From the NCBI GenBank assembly GCA_050946195.1, contig JBMNUI010000003.1, positions 1 through 61,228 on the forward strand: a stretch of 61,228 nucleotides of DNA, in the 5' to 3' direction. Shown piece after piece: positions 44,084-54,064 of the stretch (the first letter of the stretch is position 1; each line of letters opens with the position of its first letter). Position numbers and translations under genes: made by a program. This DNA comes from Eubacteriales bacterium (GTDB taxonomy: Bacteria > Bacillota > Clostridia > Oscillospirales > CAG-272). The notes under the pieces are model-generated. The model had not been told where the DNA came from. It saw only the letters and a list, made by a program, of their open reading frames with translations, and made no database searches.

Positions 44084-46384
44084 TTATCTGACCTGGGAGC
44101 GCTGCTTTCTGCGTTTTGCAAGGAGCAGGGCAGCCAGCGAAACAGAGGAGACCGCCATTGCTATCACAGCATAGATTGTAGCATCGCCGGTAGCCGGCTC
44201 CTTATCGGGGGAAGCGGTATAGGCTTTCTCAAGGTCCATTTGCGTATACTCCATGAGCAAAAAGCCCATAACATCCCACTCGACAATGCCGGGCATGCTC
44301 TTGCCGTCGCCGCCGAGCGTACCGGTCGGGGTGATGACTATGCGGAGCATTTTTGTGTTGACGCTCTCAAACTTGTAGATGTTGTCCTGATTAGGAAGAT
44401 AAGAATATGTTCCGACCTTCTTGACCGATACAAACTGGCTGCCATCCCAGTACTGAATATCGATTGACTTGGGCACCCTGATGTTTTCGCCGTCGTCATA
44501 CCACCTGACCACGCAGCTGCTCACCGATATTTCGACCGGTAATTTATACTGCACCCACGGATTATCGGTGCCGGTGTAGCCGTATGCGCTCCAGTAGGCG
44601 TCGGTTTTGTCGTTCAGATTGAATATGAAGTCGGTCTTGTAGGAAAATGCCGCAGAGGGTTTCGCAAGGCTCGAAATACTGGGCAACTGGGGCTTCGGAA
44701 TCACCGTTCCCGCAGCCAACGAGCCTACCACATCCCACTCGGCAATTGCCGGCATGCCCTTGCCGTCGCCGCCGAGAGTTCCGGTCGGGGTGAAGACAAC
44801 ACGGAGGATATTTGTGTCAACAGGACTAAACTTATACATACTCTTTTCTCTGTTGTCAGTGATCATGTTAACCGGAACAAACTCACTGCCGTTCCAGTAC
44901 TGTATTTCAATTGACTTCGGTTCCTTGCTGCCGCTGCCGTCTTCATACCAAGTAAAGACACAACCTCTGAGCGTCAACTTGCAGGGGAACTCATACTGCA
45001 CCCAGGGCTTATCTTCGCCGGTGTAGCCGGCTGCATTCCAGTAAGCGAAGGTGCCGTCATTTAAGCACTTCGGATGGCTTTCTTCACTCGCGAATGAAAC
45101 GGCAGGGGTTGCAATTTCCTTTAAATTGACTACAGGATTGCCAAAGCCGTCTGTTACTCTCGGCACGTCAACGGTATTTATAGTAGCCTCTATTGCTTGG
45201 GCTGCAGCCACAATCGTGGCATAATCTGCGTCAGTCTCACTGACTATTTTTATATTGGTGCCGGCGGGTATAGTTATATTTGTTGTATTCTTTGAACCAT
45301 GAATGGCAAGGTTTCCGCACGGTGTTGAATAGCAATTCTCAAGTGTTACTGTCTTCGAAGCACAACCCAATACAAGCCCGGTCTGCGTGGTTTCGCCGCT
45401 ATAGCCTTCGATAGACCCGAAGTTATAGCAGTTCTTTATTTTCGTCCCGTTTGCATGGCTTTTACCGACAACGCCACCGATTCCGTTGTTGACTGTATTT
45501 GTATAATCTTTGTCTGTAAGTATTATGTTTCCATAATTAACGCAGTTTTCAACCGTCGTGTTGTTGGCAAATGCCACAATACCCGCGAGACCTATCTGGT
45601 TGGGATTATGGCCCCTGACTTTTCCGATTATATTGCCATAATTTATGCAGTTTCTAGTAACCGCATCATTTTCCATAAGCCCTGTAATCCCGCCGGCAAT
45701 AATGTTCCCGGTGCCGCTGGAGTTGGGGTTGCCGTATGCGAAGAGCGTGCCGTAGTTTATGCAGTATTCAATTGTGCCGAAAGACCGCCCGACAAGCATA
45801 CCGCAGGTATTGGTCTGGCTTTCGTAATAAGAATTGGCGTCAACAGTGCAATGGGACAGCTTCCCGCCAGCCAATAGTCTGCCGGCTATAATACCCGAAT
45901 TAAGTGGAGCCGTGTTGATGAAAACGGCGTTTGCAAAGTGAAGGTTCATTGCTGTGCCGCTAATCAATCCGAAAAAGCCGACATACGCGCCGTCCATGGT
46001 CTTCCTGGCAGCATCAACATAAAACGAAAGATTGCTGATGATGTGCCCCTGGCCGTCAAATGTTCCCCTGAATGCACCCGAAGAACCATCCCTGGTCCCG
46101 ATAGGCGTCCAGTCATATCCCCCTATGTCAATGTCAGCTCCGAGTTTGATGGTTTTGCCGGTAAAATCATCGGGGTCGATTCCGGTTGCGTTGCCGTTGA
46201 CGATAGCCGCAAGCCCGGCCAGCTCGGCAGCCGTGGTCAGCGTAAATTCGGTGTCGGTCGTGTTGTACCACGAGGTGTCTATCGACTTTCCGTCCCAAGC
46301 AGCCGCCGTGGTACCGACAGCATATGTAACCGTCAACATCAACAATGTTGTCAGGATCAGCAAATATGACGTAAGTTTTTTCAT
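44084..46384 (-). CDS. Secreted cell-surface protein with GLUG-motif repeats, two discoidin/F5-8-type-C-like domains and a C-terminal sorting-signal-like tail
   Basis: Signal peptide MKKLTSYLLILTTLLMLTVTYA. Repeated ENC(I/V/Y)N(Y/F)G..I units. Two paralogous ~150-aa domains end in GGDGK(G/S)MP.I.EWDV(V/M)G. Tail is EPATGD, a hydrophobic stretch, then KRRKQRSQVR. Confidence 0.8.
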   Translation of the reverse strand: MKKLTSYLLILTTLLMLTVTYAVGTTAAAWDGKSIDTSWYNTTDTEFTLTTAAELAGLAAIVNGNATGIDPDDFTGKTIKLGADIDIGGYDWTPIGTRDGSSGAFRGTFDGQGHIISNLSFYVDAARKTMDGAYVGFFGLISGTAMNLHFANAVFINTAPLNSGIIAGRLLAGGKLSHCTVDANSYYESQTNTCGMLVGRSFGTIEYCINYGTLFAYGNPNSSGTGNIIAGGITGLMENDAVTRNCINYGNIIGKVRGHNPNQIGLAGIVAFANNTTVENCVNYGNIILTDKDYTNTVNNGIGGVVGKSHANGTKIKNCYNFGSIEGYSGETTQTGLVLGCASKTVTLENCYSTPCGNLAIHGSKNTTNITIPAGTNIKIVSETDADYATIVAAAQAIEATINTVDVPRVTDGFGNPVVNLKEIATPAVSFASEESHPKCLNDGTFAYWNAAGYTGEDKPWVQYEFPCKLTLRGCVFTWYEDGSGSKEPKSIEIQYWNGSEFVPVNMITDNREKSMYKFSPVDTNILRVVFTPTGTLGGDGKGMPAIAEWDVVGSLAAGTVIPKPQLPSISSLAKPSAAFSYKTDFIFNLNDKTDAYWSAYGYTGTDNPWVQYKLPVEISVSSCVVRWYDDGENIRVPKSIDIQYWDGSQFVSVKKVGTYSYLPNQDNIYKFESVNTKMLRIVITPTGTLGGDGKSMPGIVEWDVMGFLLMEYTQMDLEKAYTASPDKEPATGDATIYAVIAMAVSSVSLAALLLAKRRKQRSQVR

Positions 46385-46506
46385 GGTATGCTTCCCCTTC
46401 CTCCTTACATTTCTGGAGAAATTGTGTTGTCATTATATCATGAGCTCTAAATCTTGTCAATGGATATTTTTGTTTTTATGACTATTTTGTAAACAAACCA
46501 TGAACT

Positions 46507-47382
46507 TTATTGTTCGGCCATTGCCAGAAGGGCCTCTCCCAGGTCGTGAACGAACCTGCACCAGGGCGCCCTTGTGGAATCGGGAAAGTTATGAGAGCCC
46601 AGCTCCAACGAAAAGTCACCGGTATAACCGATATGGGCGAAGGCCTTCATGGTGTCGGCCCAATCAATAGAGCCCATAAACGGAGGCAGATGCCTGTCGC
46701 CGTCGCGGTTGTTGTCACTTGTGTGTGTGCATTTCACGCGCGGCCCTGCCATGCGGATGAAGGACCCCACATGAATACCGCCAAAGTGTGCATGCCCGGT
46801 ATCAATGCAGATGCCCACGGAAGGGTCATTTATTGTATCGACCAGATCAATGAGCTCTTCCGGGTCCCCGCCGCAATAGCGGCGGCGATTGCCCTTGAAA
46901 TCCACCATATTCTCAATTGCAATACCGATACCTGCTTTCTTTGCAGCTTCGATATATGGTGCAAGATATCTGAGGTTGATCTCCTTGGCCTTTTGGCGGC
47001 TGTAAAGAGGGTCGTGCGGCAGGTTCCAGGGGTGCATTACCATCCATTGTGCCCCCAGAATTCTTGTTGTCTCGATGCAGCGGTAGTTCGTGGCCCACAC
47101 GAAGTCGGCGTCGGCATAGTTTGGGTCGTCCCACTGTTGCCCGGACAGGGTCTGGCGGAAGGATATTCTTATTGAATCGGCAAAAGCGCGGGTATTCTCT
47201 GCCCACTCGAGCCAGTTGTCCTGACCGAGAGGGGCGTCGCGGCCGCCCAGATTCCATAGATTTGCGTCGGCATAGTCAAACCCGGCGGCCTTCATGGCAC
47301 TCAGGCACTGTTCAATGGTATAGCGGCTTTGAGTTCCGGGAATGCGGCTCATCAGCCATGTGGAAGCAGAAAGCGTCATCAT
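46507..47382 (-). CDS. Sugar phosphate isomerase/epimerase (xylose isomerase-like TIM barrel)
   Basis: AP_endonuc_2-like pattern (GFDYAD..., IAIENM, CIDTGHAHF). 291 aa. Confidence 0.78.
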   Translation of the reverse strand: MMTLSASTWLMSRIPGTQSRYTIEQCLSAMKAAGFDYADANLWNLGGRDAPLGQDNWLEWAENTRAFADSIRISFRQTLSGQQWDDPNYADADFVWATNYRCIETTRILGAQWMVMHPWNLPHDPLYSRQKAKEINLRYLAPYIEAAKKAGIGIAIENMVDFKGNRRRYCGGDPEELIDLVDTINDPSVGICIDTGHAHFGGIHVGSFIRMAGPRVKCTHTSDNNRDGDRHLPPFMGSIDWADTMKAFAHIGYTGDFSLELGSHNFPDSTRAPWCRFVHDLGEALLAMAEQ

Positions 47383-47469
47383 AATGGTGTCTCCTCAGCA
47401 AAAGATTACCCTATATCGGGTCTAAGTCCCTGTGCCAACTGATGAACTGGTGCGGCAGGTGCTTTACAC

Positions 47470-48864
47470 TCAAATAATAACACACGGCAGCCCGCACAGC
47501 GAGGCGAAAAATTCAATCTGCTCCGGCTTTGCCCCGTAGACAAGCACGCTGTGATGTGTTGCCCCGGCATAGCTCAAAGCCTCCAAAAACTCCGATGTCG
47601 GCATGTGGGGCTTCATCCAGCCGCGCACCCTTGCCTCAAAATTGTCCTCGGGGACCTCAAGCATTTCAACCGGCGAGGCCAGCAGCCGAAATCCCCCGGC
47701 CGTGCGGTGAAGGTTTACGAATACCGCATCCCCGCCGCAGTAGCAGCCGTATGAGACCACCGGGTTCTCACCTTCTCCGAAAATGAAATTCATCTCCTTC
47801 ATCCCGGCCCGCCGGCAAATCAAATTAGGGTTGTACTCGCCCATGTGGCTGAGCAGCAGGGTATTCCCCTTCCAGTCGGGACAGAAAATCTCGACAAAGC
47901 TGCTGTCAGGAAAGCCCTGCAGCAACGCGCCGAGCAACGAGGCGGTGAGCACGTCGCCCTCCCCGGCGTATCCTATGCCGCGCGCCATAGCCTTACAGGC
48001 TTCCATAAAGGGCATGACAGTAAGCCCCGTGGCGACGACAGCCCTGAAATTTGCGGTGAAGGCACGGAGCTTGTGCCTCTCAATCCAGTGACGCACGGCA
48101 AGGCAGTTTTTTGCGGTCCTCAAATGAACAGCCGGGTCGAGAGGCTCTATTTCATAGCAGTTTTCCCGGTCGTACTCAACCTCGCGCGCCGCCTCCTCGT
48201 CGCTGATACCATCAAGGATTGAGGCAAGCTCGCCTTCCCCGGGGTATACCACAGTCACCCCGAAATGTGATTTCATCTCCTCGTCGGTGACAAAAAAGTC
48301 CCCCATGCCCTCAAAACTGCCGCCGATACTCCCTACCCTGCTGCCGTGCAGCGCCTGGGCGGCGACGGCTGCGCGGACAAAGCCCGCGGCCCTCTGCAGA
48401 ACATCCGACTCAGCGTAGTGCCCCGCGGCGATGGCAAATCTCTTGACATGGCGCAAAAGCAGGCTGCACATATCCATGACCCCGTGTATGCCGTGGCAAT
48501 AGCTTATCTCGCCCGGGTCCTGTGTGCTGCCGAAATCGTAGGTCTCGGTGGTGTCAAGCACCACAACAGGCAGGTCTGTCGCGCTCAGCGCGCCGACACA
48601 CTCAAGCGAGGGGGAGTATGCCGCGTGCCAAGTCACAATGCAGTCGACCCCTTCGCGCTCAAAGCGCTCGACCGCCGCCTCAAATTCACGAGCCACCCTG
48701 CAAAACTCCGAGCGGATAACCTCAAACCCGAGCTTTTCAAATTTTGCTGCCAGAGTTTCGTAAAACGCAGAAAGCCTGCCCCGGGCCTTTGCCCCGGTGC
48801 CGACATCGTCATATAGCTTAATGTAAAAAGGAAGAAAACCGATTTTTATTTTCTTGCCGCTCAT
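47470..48864 (-). CDS. L-fucose/L-arabinose isomerase family protein
   Basis: N-terminal KIKIGFLPFYIKLYDD and overall length and pattern resemble the arabinose/fucose isomerase-like family. Confidence 0.65.
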   Translation of the reverse strand: MSGKKIKIGFLPFYIKLYDDVGTGAKARGRLSAFYETLAAKFEKLGFEVIRSEFCRVAREFEAAVERFEREGVDCIVTWHAAYSPSLECVGALSATDLPVVVLDTTETYDFGSTQDPGEISYCHGIHGVMDMCSLLLRHVKRFAIAAGHYAESDVLQRAAGFVRAAVAAQALHGSRVGSIGGSFEGMGDFFVTDEEMKSHFGVTVVYPGEGELASILDGISDEEAAREVEYDRENCYEIEPLDPAVHLRTAKNCLAVRHWIERHKLRAFTANFRAVVATGLTVMPFMEACKAMARGIGYAGEGDVLTASLLGALLQGFPDSSFVEIFCPDWKGNTLLLSHMGEYNPNLICRRAGMKEMNFIFGEGENPVVSYGCYCGGDAVFVNLHRTAGGFRLLASPVEMLEVPEDNFEARVRGWMKPHMPTSEFLEALSYAGATHHSVLVYGAKPEQIEFFASLCGLPCVII

Positions 48865-48894
48865 AAACTGCCTTCCTTTCTGCTGCCGGGGTGT

Positions 48895-49911
48895 TCACAG
48901 TTCTATGCCAAAATACTCAGATGCGTTTTTATACATAATATCGTTTATTTCGTTTTGTGTGAGGCCGAGCCGCTCTGCCGCGCGTCTGAAGGCAAGCAGC
49001 TCCTCATACATAAAGAGCGTTATATCGGTCTCGTCGGTCTCGCGCATATGTCTGTCCCCCGACACGTCGCCGTACAGCCCGCGGGGCACCACATTGACAT
49101 AGTTCCCGTCCTCGCATGTGCGGTACATGCGCATTTTGGTGTAGGGCATGTCGGAGCCGAACATCACCCTCCCGACACCGACCGCCTCGATGCACTTCTC
49201 GATTGCCAGGTCAAGCGTGTTTGCCGAAAAGTCGAAGACAAGGTTTTTTGTCTTCCGAAGTATCTCGAAAGCCTCGCCGATGTCCTCGGGGCAATAGGCC
49301 CGCCCCACATGGGCGACAACAACCTTGGCACGGGGGTATTTTCGGTCTATCTCGACAAGCTGTGCCAGGTTGACCGGGTCGCGCAGCCGCCCGGCGCGCG
49401 GAATATGGAGCATGACTATGCCGCCAACCTCGTCCATGAATTTTAGCTGCTCATGGGTCAGAAAATCAAAAATACGGACCTCGGATGCCGGGATGTACGG
49501 CGGGGAATTGTTAAGATAGGGCTTTATGCCGACAAAGCCCGCGTCAAGCGCCCTCTCAATTTCGGCGGTGGTGGTGTCCCAGTTTGTGCAATAGAGCGCG
49601 CGGACCCGGTGCTCCTGTATTATTTTCTTCACATATGAATTTACAACATCGAGCCGGCAGGAGGGCGAGCCTAAAACCACCTTGGCTACCTTCTTGCCGG
49701 GGAAAAGCTGCTCAAAGGACCGCTCCATGTCCTCAAATGTCTGCGAGTCGGCCACAAGCGAGGGCCAGCGGGCAGCGCCCTTCCGCCCCGGCCTCTTTGT
49801 TCCCGGCTCCCAGAGATGCACATGGACATCGATAAACTTCGGCGGAAGAAAATCTTTGAGTTCCTCGTAGTATACCTTTTTATCGTAGTCGGTAAGTTTT
49901 ACTCCGAACAT
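48895..49911 (-). CDS. Amidohydrolase-2 family metal-dependent hydrolase (TIM barrel)
   Basis: ORF 48895..50073. HxH motif IDVHVHLW. Start at the ATG at 49911 after AAGGAGC. Confidence 0.75.
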   Translation of the reverse strand: MFGVKLTDYDKKVYYEELKDFLPPKFIDVHVHLWEPGTKRPGRKGAARWPSLVADSQTFEDMERSFEQLFPGKKVAKVVLGSPSCRLDVVNSYVKKIIQEHRVRALYCTNWDTTTAEIERALDAGFVGIKPYLNNSPPYIPASEVRIFDFLTHEQLKFMDEVGGIVMLHIPRAGRLRDPVNLAQLVEIDRKYPRAKVVVAHVGRAYCPEDIGEAFEILRKTKNLVFDFSANTLDLAIEKCIEAVGVGRVMFGSDMPYTKMRMYRTCEDGNYVNVVPRGLYGDVSGDRHMRETDETDITLFMYEELLAFRRAAERLGLTQNEINDIMYKNASEYFGIEL

Positions 49912-49927
49912 ACCAAAGCTCCTTGAA

Positions 49928-51361
49928 TCATCGTATAAAACAGCTGACGTACCGCCCGAATTTTTCGCGGTAAAAGCTAAGCAGGTCCGGCTGCGGGTAA
50001 AGCGGCTTTTTCCTGACAAAAAAGTCGAGACAGGCCGCATAATCTGAAAATGCGCCCGAGCCCACCGCGGCAATCACGGCCGCGCCCAGCGCCGGGGTGT
50101 CGGGCTCCTCGGTGAGCAGCAGCTTACAATTACAGACCGCGGCGACAATCGAGCTCCAGAGCCGGCTTTTTGCGGCGCCACCCGACATGGTAAGCGACCC
50201 GCCGCTGACCGGCATTACTCCCAAGTCTCTGAATTTATCAAGCACCAGCCGAACTTCGAAGGCCGCGCCTTCCATCATGGCAAGGGCAATGTCGTATTCG
50301 TCGTATTTCCGGGAGTCAATTGAACCTGTCCGGCGGTGGTCGATAAGCCCCCTGTCGGTGCTAAGCGGGCATATCAAAAGCTCTGCGGCTTCCCCGCGCC
50401 GTGCTTCGGCGACCCTGTCAATTTCCTGCAGGGAGAGTCCATAGCGGGCGGCATGGCTTTCTATCGCGGCCCCGATGCCGCCGAGCGAGGTCATGGCGCC
50501 ATATCTCCCCCCTGCCGGATGTATTCCCGGCGCGATGTGCCTGTCGACAAACCTCAGGCTCTCCAAAACCCCGAAAATCACCCACGCGGTGCCGGTTGCC
50601 AGCAGGATGTCGCCGGGGTTTATCACGCCGCTCCCGAGCGAGGCGCAGTACTGGTCATGCGCGCCGCAAAATATCACCACATGCTCCCCGAGCCCCAGCT
50701 CTCGGGCGGCCGATTTTGCAAGCCTTCCGACCACACTGCCGCAGGGCAACACCTCGGGCAGCATTTCCCCGCCGATTCCGAGAAAGCCAAGCAAGTCATC
50801 ATTCCAGCAAAGCTTGTTTATGTCGTAAAGCCGGGTGATGGCAGCACCCGTGGGGTCGGCCACCGCCCGGCCGGTGAGCTTGTAGTTGATATATTCCCCG
50901 GTAGTCAAAAACTTTGCGGCCCGGCCGAAAACCTCGGGTTGGTTGCGCTTCAGCCAGAGCAGCTTTGAGGCACAGTCGGCCGGCGAGGTCGGCCAGCCGC
51001 AGCTTTTGTAAATCTTATCGCCGAGAGCCCGAATTATTTCCTCAGCCTCGGCAAAAGCCCGCCTGTCCATCCAGGTCATGGCCTCTGTCATGGGGCAGAA
51101 GTCATGGTTGAGCGCAAATATGCTTCCGCCCTGTGCCGAGACGCCCATGGCGCAGACCTCGGCGGGGTCAGGCAGCGCGCCGGTAACCTGCCTCAGTGCG
51201 CCGACCGCCGCCCGCCACCAGTCGCCGGGGTTCTGGGTCGAATATGAACCCGAGACCCCGGTCGGGTATGTTTGCCTCCCCCTTGAGAGAATATTCCCGC
51301 ACCCGTCGACGGCCACCGCCTTGACTGCGGTGCTGCCTATGTCAAGCCCTATAAAAATCAT
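49928..51361 (-). CDS. FGGY-family carbohydrate kinase
   Basis: N-terminal IGLDIGSTAVKAV with FGGY N- and C-domain pattern. ATGA overlap with the upstream stop. Confidence 0.85.
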   Translation of the reverse strand: MIFIGLDIGSTAVKAVAVDGCGNILSRGRQTYPTGVSGSYSTQNPGDWWRAAVGALRQVTGALPDPAEVCAMGVSAQGGSIFALNHDFCPMTEAMTWMDRRAFAEAEEIIRALGDKIYKSCGWPTSPADCASKLLWLKRNQPEVFGRAAKFLTTGEYINYKLTGRAVADPTGAAITRLYDINKLCWNDDLLGFLGIGGEMLPEVLPCGSVVGRLAKSAARELGLGEHVVIFCGAHDQYCASLGSGVINPGDILLATGTAWVIFGVLESLRFVDRHIAPGIHPAGGRYGAMTSLGGIGAAIESHAARYGLSLQEIDRVAEARRGEAAELLICPLSTDRGLIDHRRTGSIDSRKYDEYDIALAMMEGAAFEVRLVLDKFRDLGVMPVSGGSLTMSGGAAKSRLWSSIVAAVCNCKLLLTEEPDTPALGAAVIAAVGSGAFSDYAACLDFFVRKKPLYPQPDLLSFYREKFGRYVSCFIR

Positions 51362-52899
51362 ATCTTCTCCAGAAGCCCGTCTATAATTTCGAGCAGCCTG
51401 TCAATCACCGCGTCGGAGGCAATTATCGGCGGCTTGAAAAGCACGGCCGGCAGGCAGTTGGGCTTGTAGAGCTGCGCGCTGGCGTCAACGCAGCTTGCGT
51501 TCAGCGCATTTGCAAATCCCGCCGCCTCACCAACTGTCTTGAAATGAAGCGCCGCAAGGTGCCCGAGCCCCTCGACCGCGACGATTATTGACGGGTGCTT
51601 TTCTTTGAGCTGCAGAAGTCCCTCAAAAAACCTTGAGCCAAGCCGCTCTATCTCAAAGCTATTTGCGCGGGCAAAGGCCATTGTGACAAGATATGAGAGG
51701 GAGGCCAGCTCCTCCTGCCCGTTTGTGACCAGCGCGCCGAACTGGTTTAAGTTGTCGTACTCGGCGGCGGTGACTATCCTGCTTGCCGGGTATTCTCCAC
51801 CCGGAAAGCCCTTGCCGAGGGCGACAAAATCGGGATTCAGGCCGTACTTGCGGAAGAGGAACATTCCGCCATACCACATGCAGGACTGTATCTCATCGAC
51901 CAGCACCGGCGTGTCGGTCTGCTCGCACAACCTGTAGGCATCCTGCAAATATTCGGCGGTAAGGCGTATGCCCCCGTAGTTCATCAGAATGATTTCGTGC
52001 AGAAAGCCCGCGGTCTTGTACCGCCCGCTGTTGTATTTACTTATTTTTTCGGCAAAATCCGAAATGTCGTTAATTCTCACCGGCACAACCTTATAGAGCC
52101 CGGCGGCCTCTGCCGCTTCGTAAAATTCCCTCCAGAGCCCCCTGAAGGTTTGGGTCAGCACCGTTGTGCCGTGATAATTTCCGGTTTTCTCTCCGGCATG
52201 GTCGGCCACCACAAAAAAGACGGGTATCCTTCCCGAGTATTTCGGCTCGGGGAACTCGGGCGAGAGCCGGTAAAACCTCGCCAGCATCATTTTCACGCCG
52301 GCCTCGACCGCGAGCGACCCGGTTTCAAGGTTTATAACCCGGTTGAGCACTTTGGGCTTGTCGGAGTTGATAATTTCGTCGGTTTTGGCGTCGTCCTCCC
52401 AGTCTATGCCATTGATGCTCTGAATTATCCGGCGCTCGCAGAGCCGGGTAATATAGCCGCGCGTGTTGTTGTGCGTGGCGTTGGGAATACTCAGCCGGCG
52501 CGCGTTGTCGACCAGCCGGTAGCCCCCGAAGCTGTGACCGATCGAGGCGTGATAGTGCTCGCTTTTCCCCAGAAGATAAAGCCTGCCGTCCTCGCCGACC
52601 CTGAAACACCCGAAACCCGACAGAGGCGCCGCGGCTTTATGGGTTGCAAGCCTGAACGAGTTGGTCGGGGCGCCGTCGTTTGAATTGTAAAAGGGCGGCA
52701 GCAGCTCTGCCCCGACTTTATCCAGCAGGGCGTCATTCCGCCTCTGCTCGGCCTCGGGGTAAAAATCCACCTTTTCATTGGCGATTTCAATTGCCTCGCG
52801 GTAATCGATACTCCCGAGAGCCGCGGCCGCCGTAGCTACCTTTTCGGTATAGTCCTGACCTATTATGTCGGATAGCGACATTCTTACATTGCAGAACAT
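51358..52899 (-). CDS. Divergent class-III (PLP) aminotransferase-like protein with an N-terminal extension
   Basis: DEIQSCMWYGG...PDFVALGKGFPGG aligns with the DE(V/I)Q.G.GR.G...AKG.GGG motif of class-III aminotransferases. Start is the ATG at 52899 after GAGGTGG, or the TTG at 52911. Confidence 0.6.
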   Translation of the reverse strand: MFCNVRMSLSDIIGQDYTEKVATAAAALGSIDYREAIEIANEKVDFYPEAEQRRNDALLDKVGAELLPPFYNSNDGAPTNSFRLATHKAAAPLSGFGCFRVGEDGRLYLLGKSEHYHASIGHSFGGYRLVDNARRLSIPNATHNNTRGYITRLCERRIIQSINGIDWEDDAKTDEIINSDKPKVLNRVINLETGSLAVEAGVKMMLARFYRLSPEFPEPKYSGRIPVFFVVADHAGEKTGNYHGTTVLTQTFRGLWREFYEAAEAAGLYKVVPVRINDISDFAEKISKYNSGRYKTAGFLHEIILMNYGGIRLTAEYLQDAYRLCEQTDTPVLVDEIQSCMWYGGMFLFRKYGLNPDFVALGKGFPGGEYPASRIVTAAEYDNLNQFGALVTNGQEELASLSYLVTMAFARANSFEIERLGSRFFEGLLQLKEKHPSIIVAVEGLGHLAALHFKTVGEAAGFANALNASCVDASAQLYKPNCLPAVLFKPPIIASDAVIDRLLEIIDGLLEKI

Positions 52900-52907
52900 T
52901 TGCCACC

Positions 52908-54047
52908 TCAATACTCAATTGCAACAGCTCTTTTTTCCCTGTATGACACAAGCGCCGCATCAAGCAGCCTATGCGAGAGCGCCGTCTCCTCGGGTCTCAC
53001 ACAGCCAAAGGGGATTTCAATACCAGAAACCTCAGAGACAAAGGCCGCTATCATCTGAAGGATGGCGTCGGGGAAACCGAATTCAAATATGCCGCCGGTG
53101 ATGGCCGGTATCATCGGTTTGTAGCCGATGTTCACCCGACACCAAGCCTGTTCCCTGCCGCAGTTCTCGGTAAACCAAAAGGCATTCGGGTCGTTTGTAC
53201 TGAATCTTGCGGAGACCGCCATTCCCAGGACCGTAAGCTCCCATTCGTTTGTCGAGCCGGGGGACATTCGCTTGGTCTCAAATATAAGGGGGAAGAGGTC
53301 CCCGCCGGTGTCGCGCGCCTCGCAAATGAGGGTCGCGTTGTCCCAGGTGAGGCAGGGGGCAAATCCCCCTCGGCCGTCGGGTCGCTCGGTGACAATTTTG
53401 GAAAGGCTCGCGTAGACATTCAAAGGCATCCAGCCTACCCTGAAGGGCACATGCTGGGTATGCAGCCCGAGGTCGCCCATACAGCCGTACTCGCCGTTGA
53501 ACTCAACCTGGCGCTTCCAGTTAATCGGCTTGTTTATGTCAAGGTCGCTTGAATGGCGGAAGGCCGCCCTGACCTCAATTATCCTGCCGAAACGGCCCTC
53601 GTCTACCCATTTAATAAGCTCCTGACAGGCCGGGAAAAATGGAAACTCACTCGAACACCGAACGGTCACCTCGGGGTGTGCCCGCACCGCCTTAAGTATC
53701 AAATCATTTGCGGCCTTATCAATCCCGAAGGGTTTCTCACCGAGCAGGTGCTTGCCGGCATTTATTATATCAACATAAAATCGTGCATGCAGGTTGTGGG
53801 GCACAGCACAGTATACCGCGTCTATGTCGGGTTTATCGATAAGCTCCCGGTAGTCGTCGGTGCCGTACTTTATGGTGCTGAAATTCCGCTCAAACCATGC
53901 CCGAGCCTCGGGGTTGATATCGCACACCCCGACAATCTCGGGTTTCGGGATATCTTTGGAAAGGTGGCACCACCGCGCGGCGGCCGACGCAAACTCCCGC
54001 CCCATCAGCCCGCAGCCGATAATGGCAAAACGAATCGTTTTTGACAT
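52908..54047 (-). CDS. Gfo/Idh/MocA family oxidoreductase
   Basis: Rossmann N-terminus IRFAIIGCGLMGREF and GEKP motif (LLGEKPFG). Confidence 0.85.
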   Translation of the reverse strand: MSKTIRFAIIGCGLMGREFASAAARWCHLSKDIPKPEIVGVCDINPEARAWFERNFSTIKYGTDDYRELIDKPDIDAVYCAVPHNLHARFYVDIINAGKHLLGEKPFGIDKAANDLILKAVRAHPEVTVRCSSEFPFFPACQELIKWVDEGRFGRIIEVRAAFRHSSDLDINKPINWKRQVEFNGEYGCMGDLGLHTQHVPFRVGWMPLNVYASLSKIVTERPDGRGGFAPCLTWDNATLICEARDTGGDLFPLIFETKRMSPGSTNEWELTVLGMAVSARFSTNDPNAFWFTENCGREQAWCRVNIGYKPMIPAITGGIFEFGFPDAILQMIAAFVSEVSGIEIPFGCVRPEETALSHRLLDAALVSYREKRAVAIEY

Positions 54048-54064
54048 CTTTCCCTCTTCTCGGC

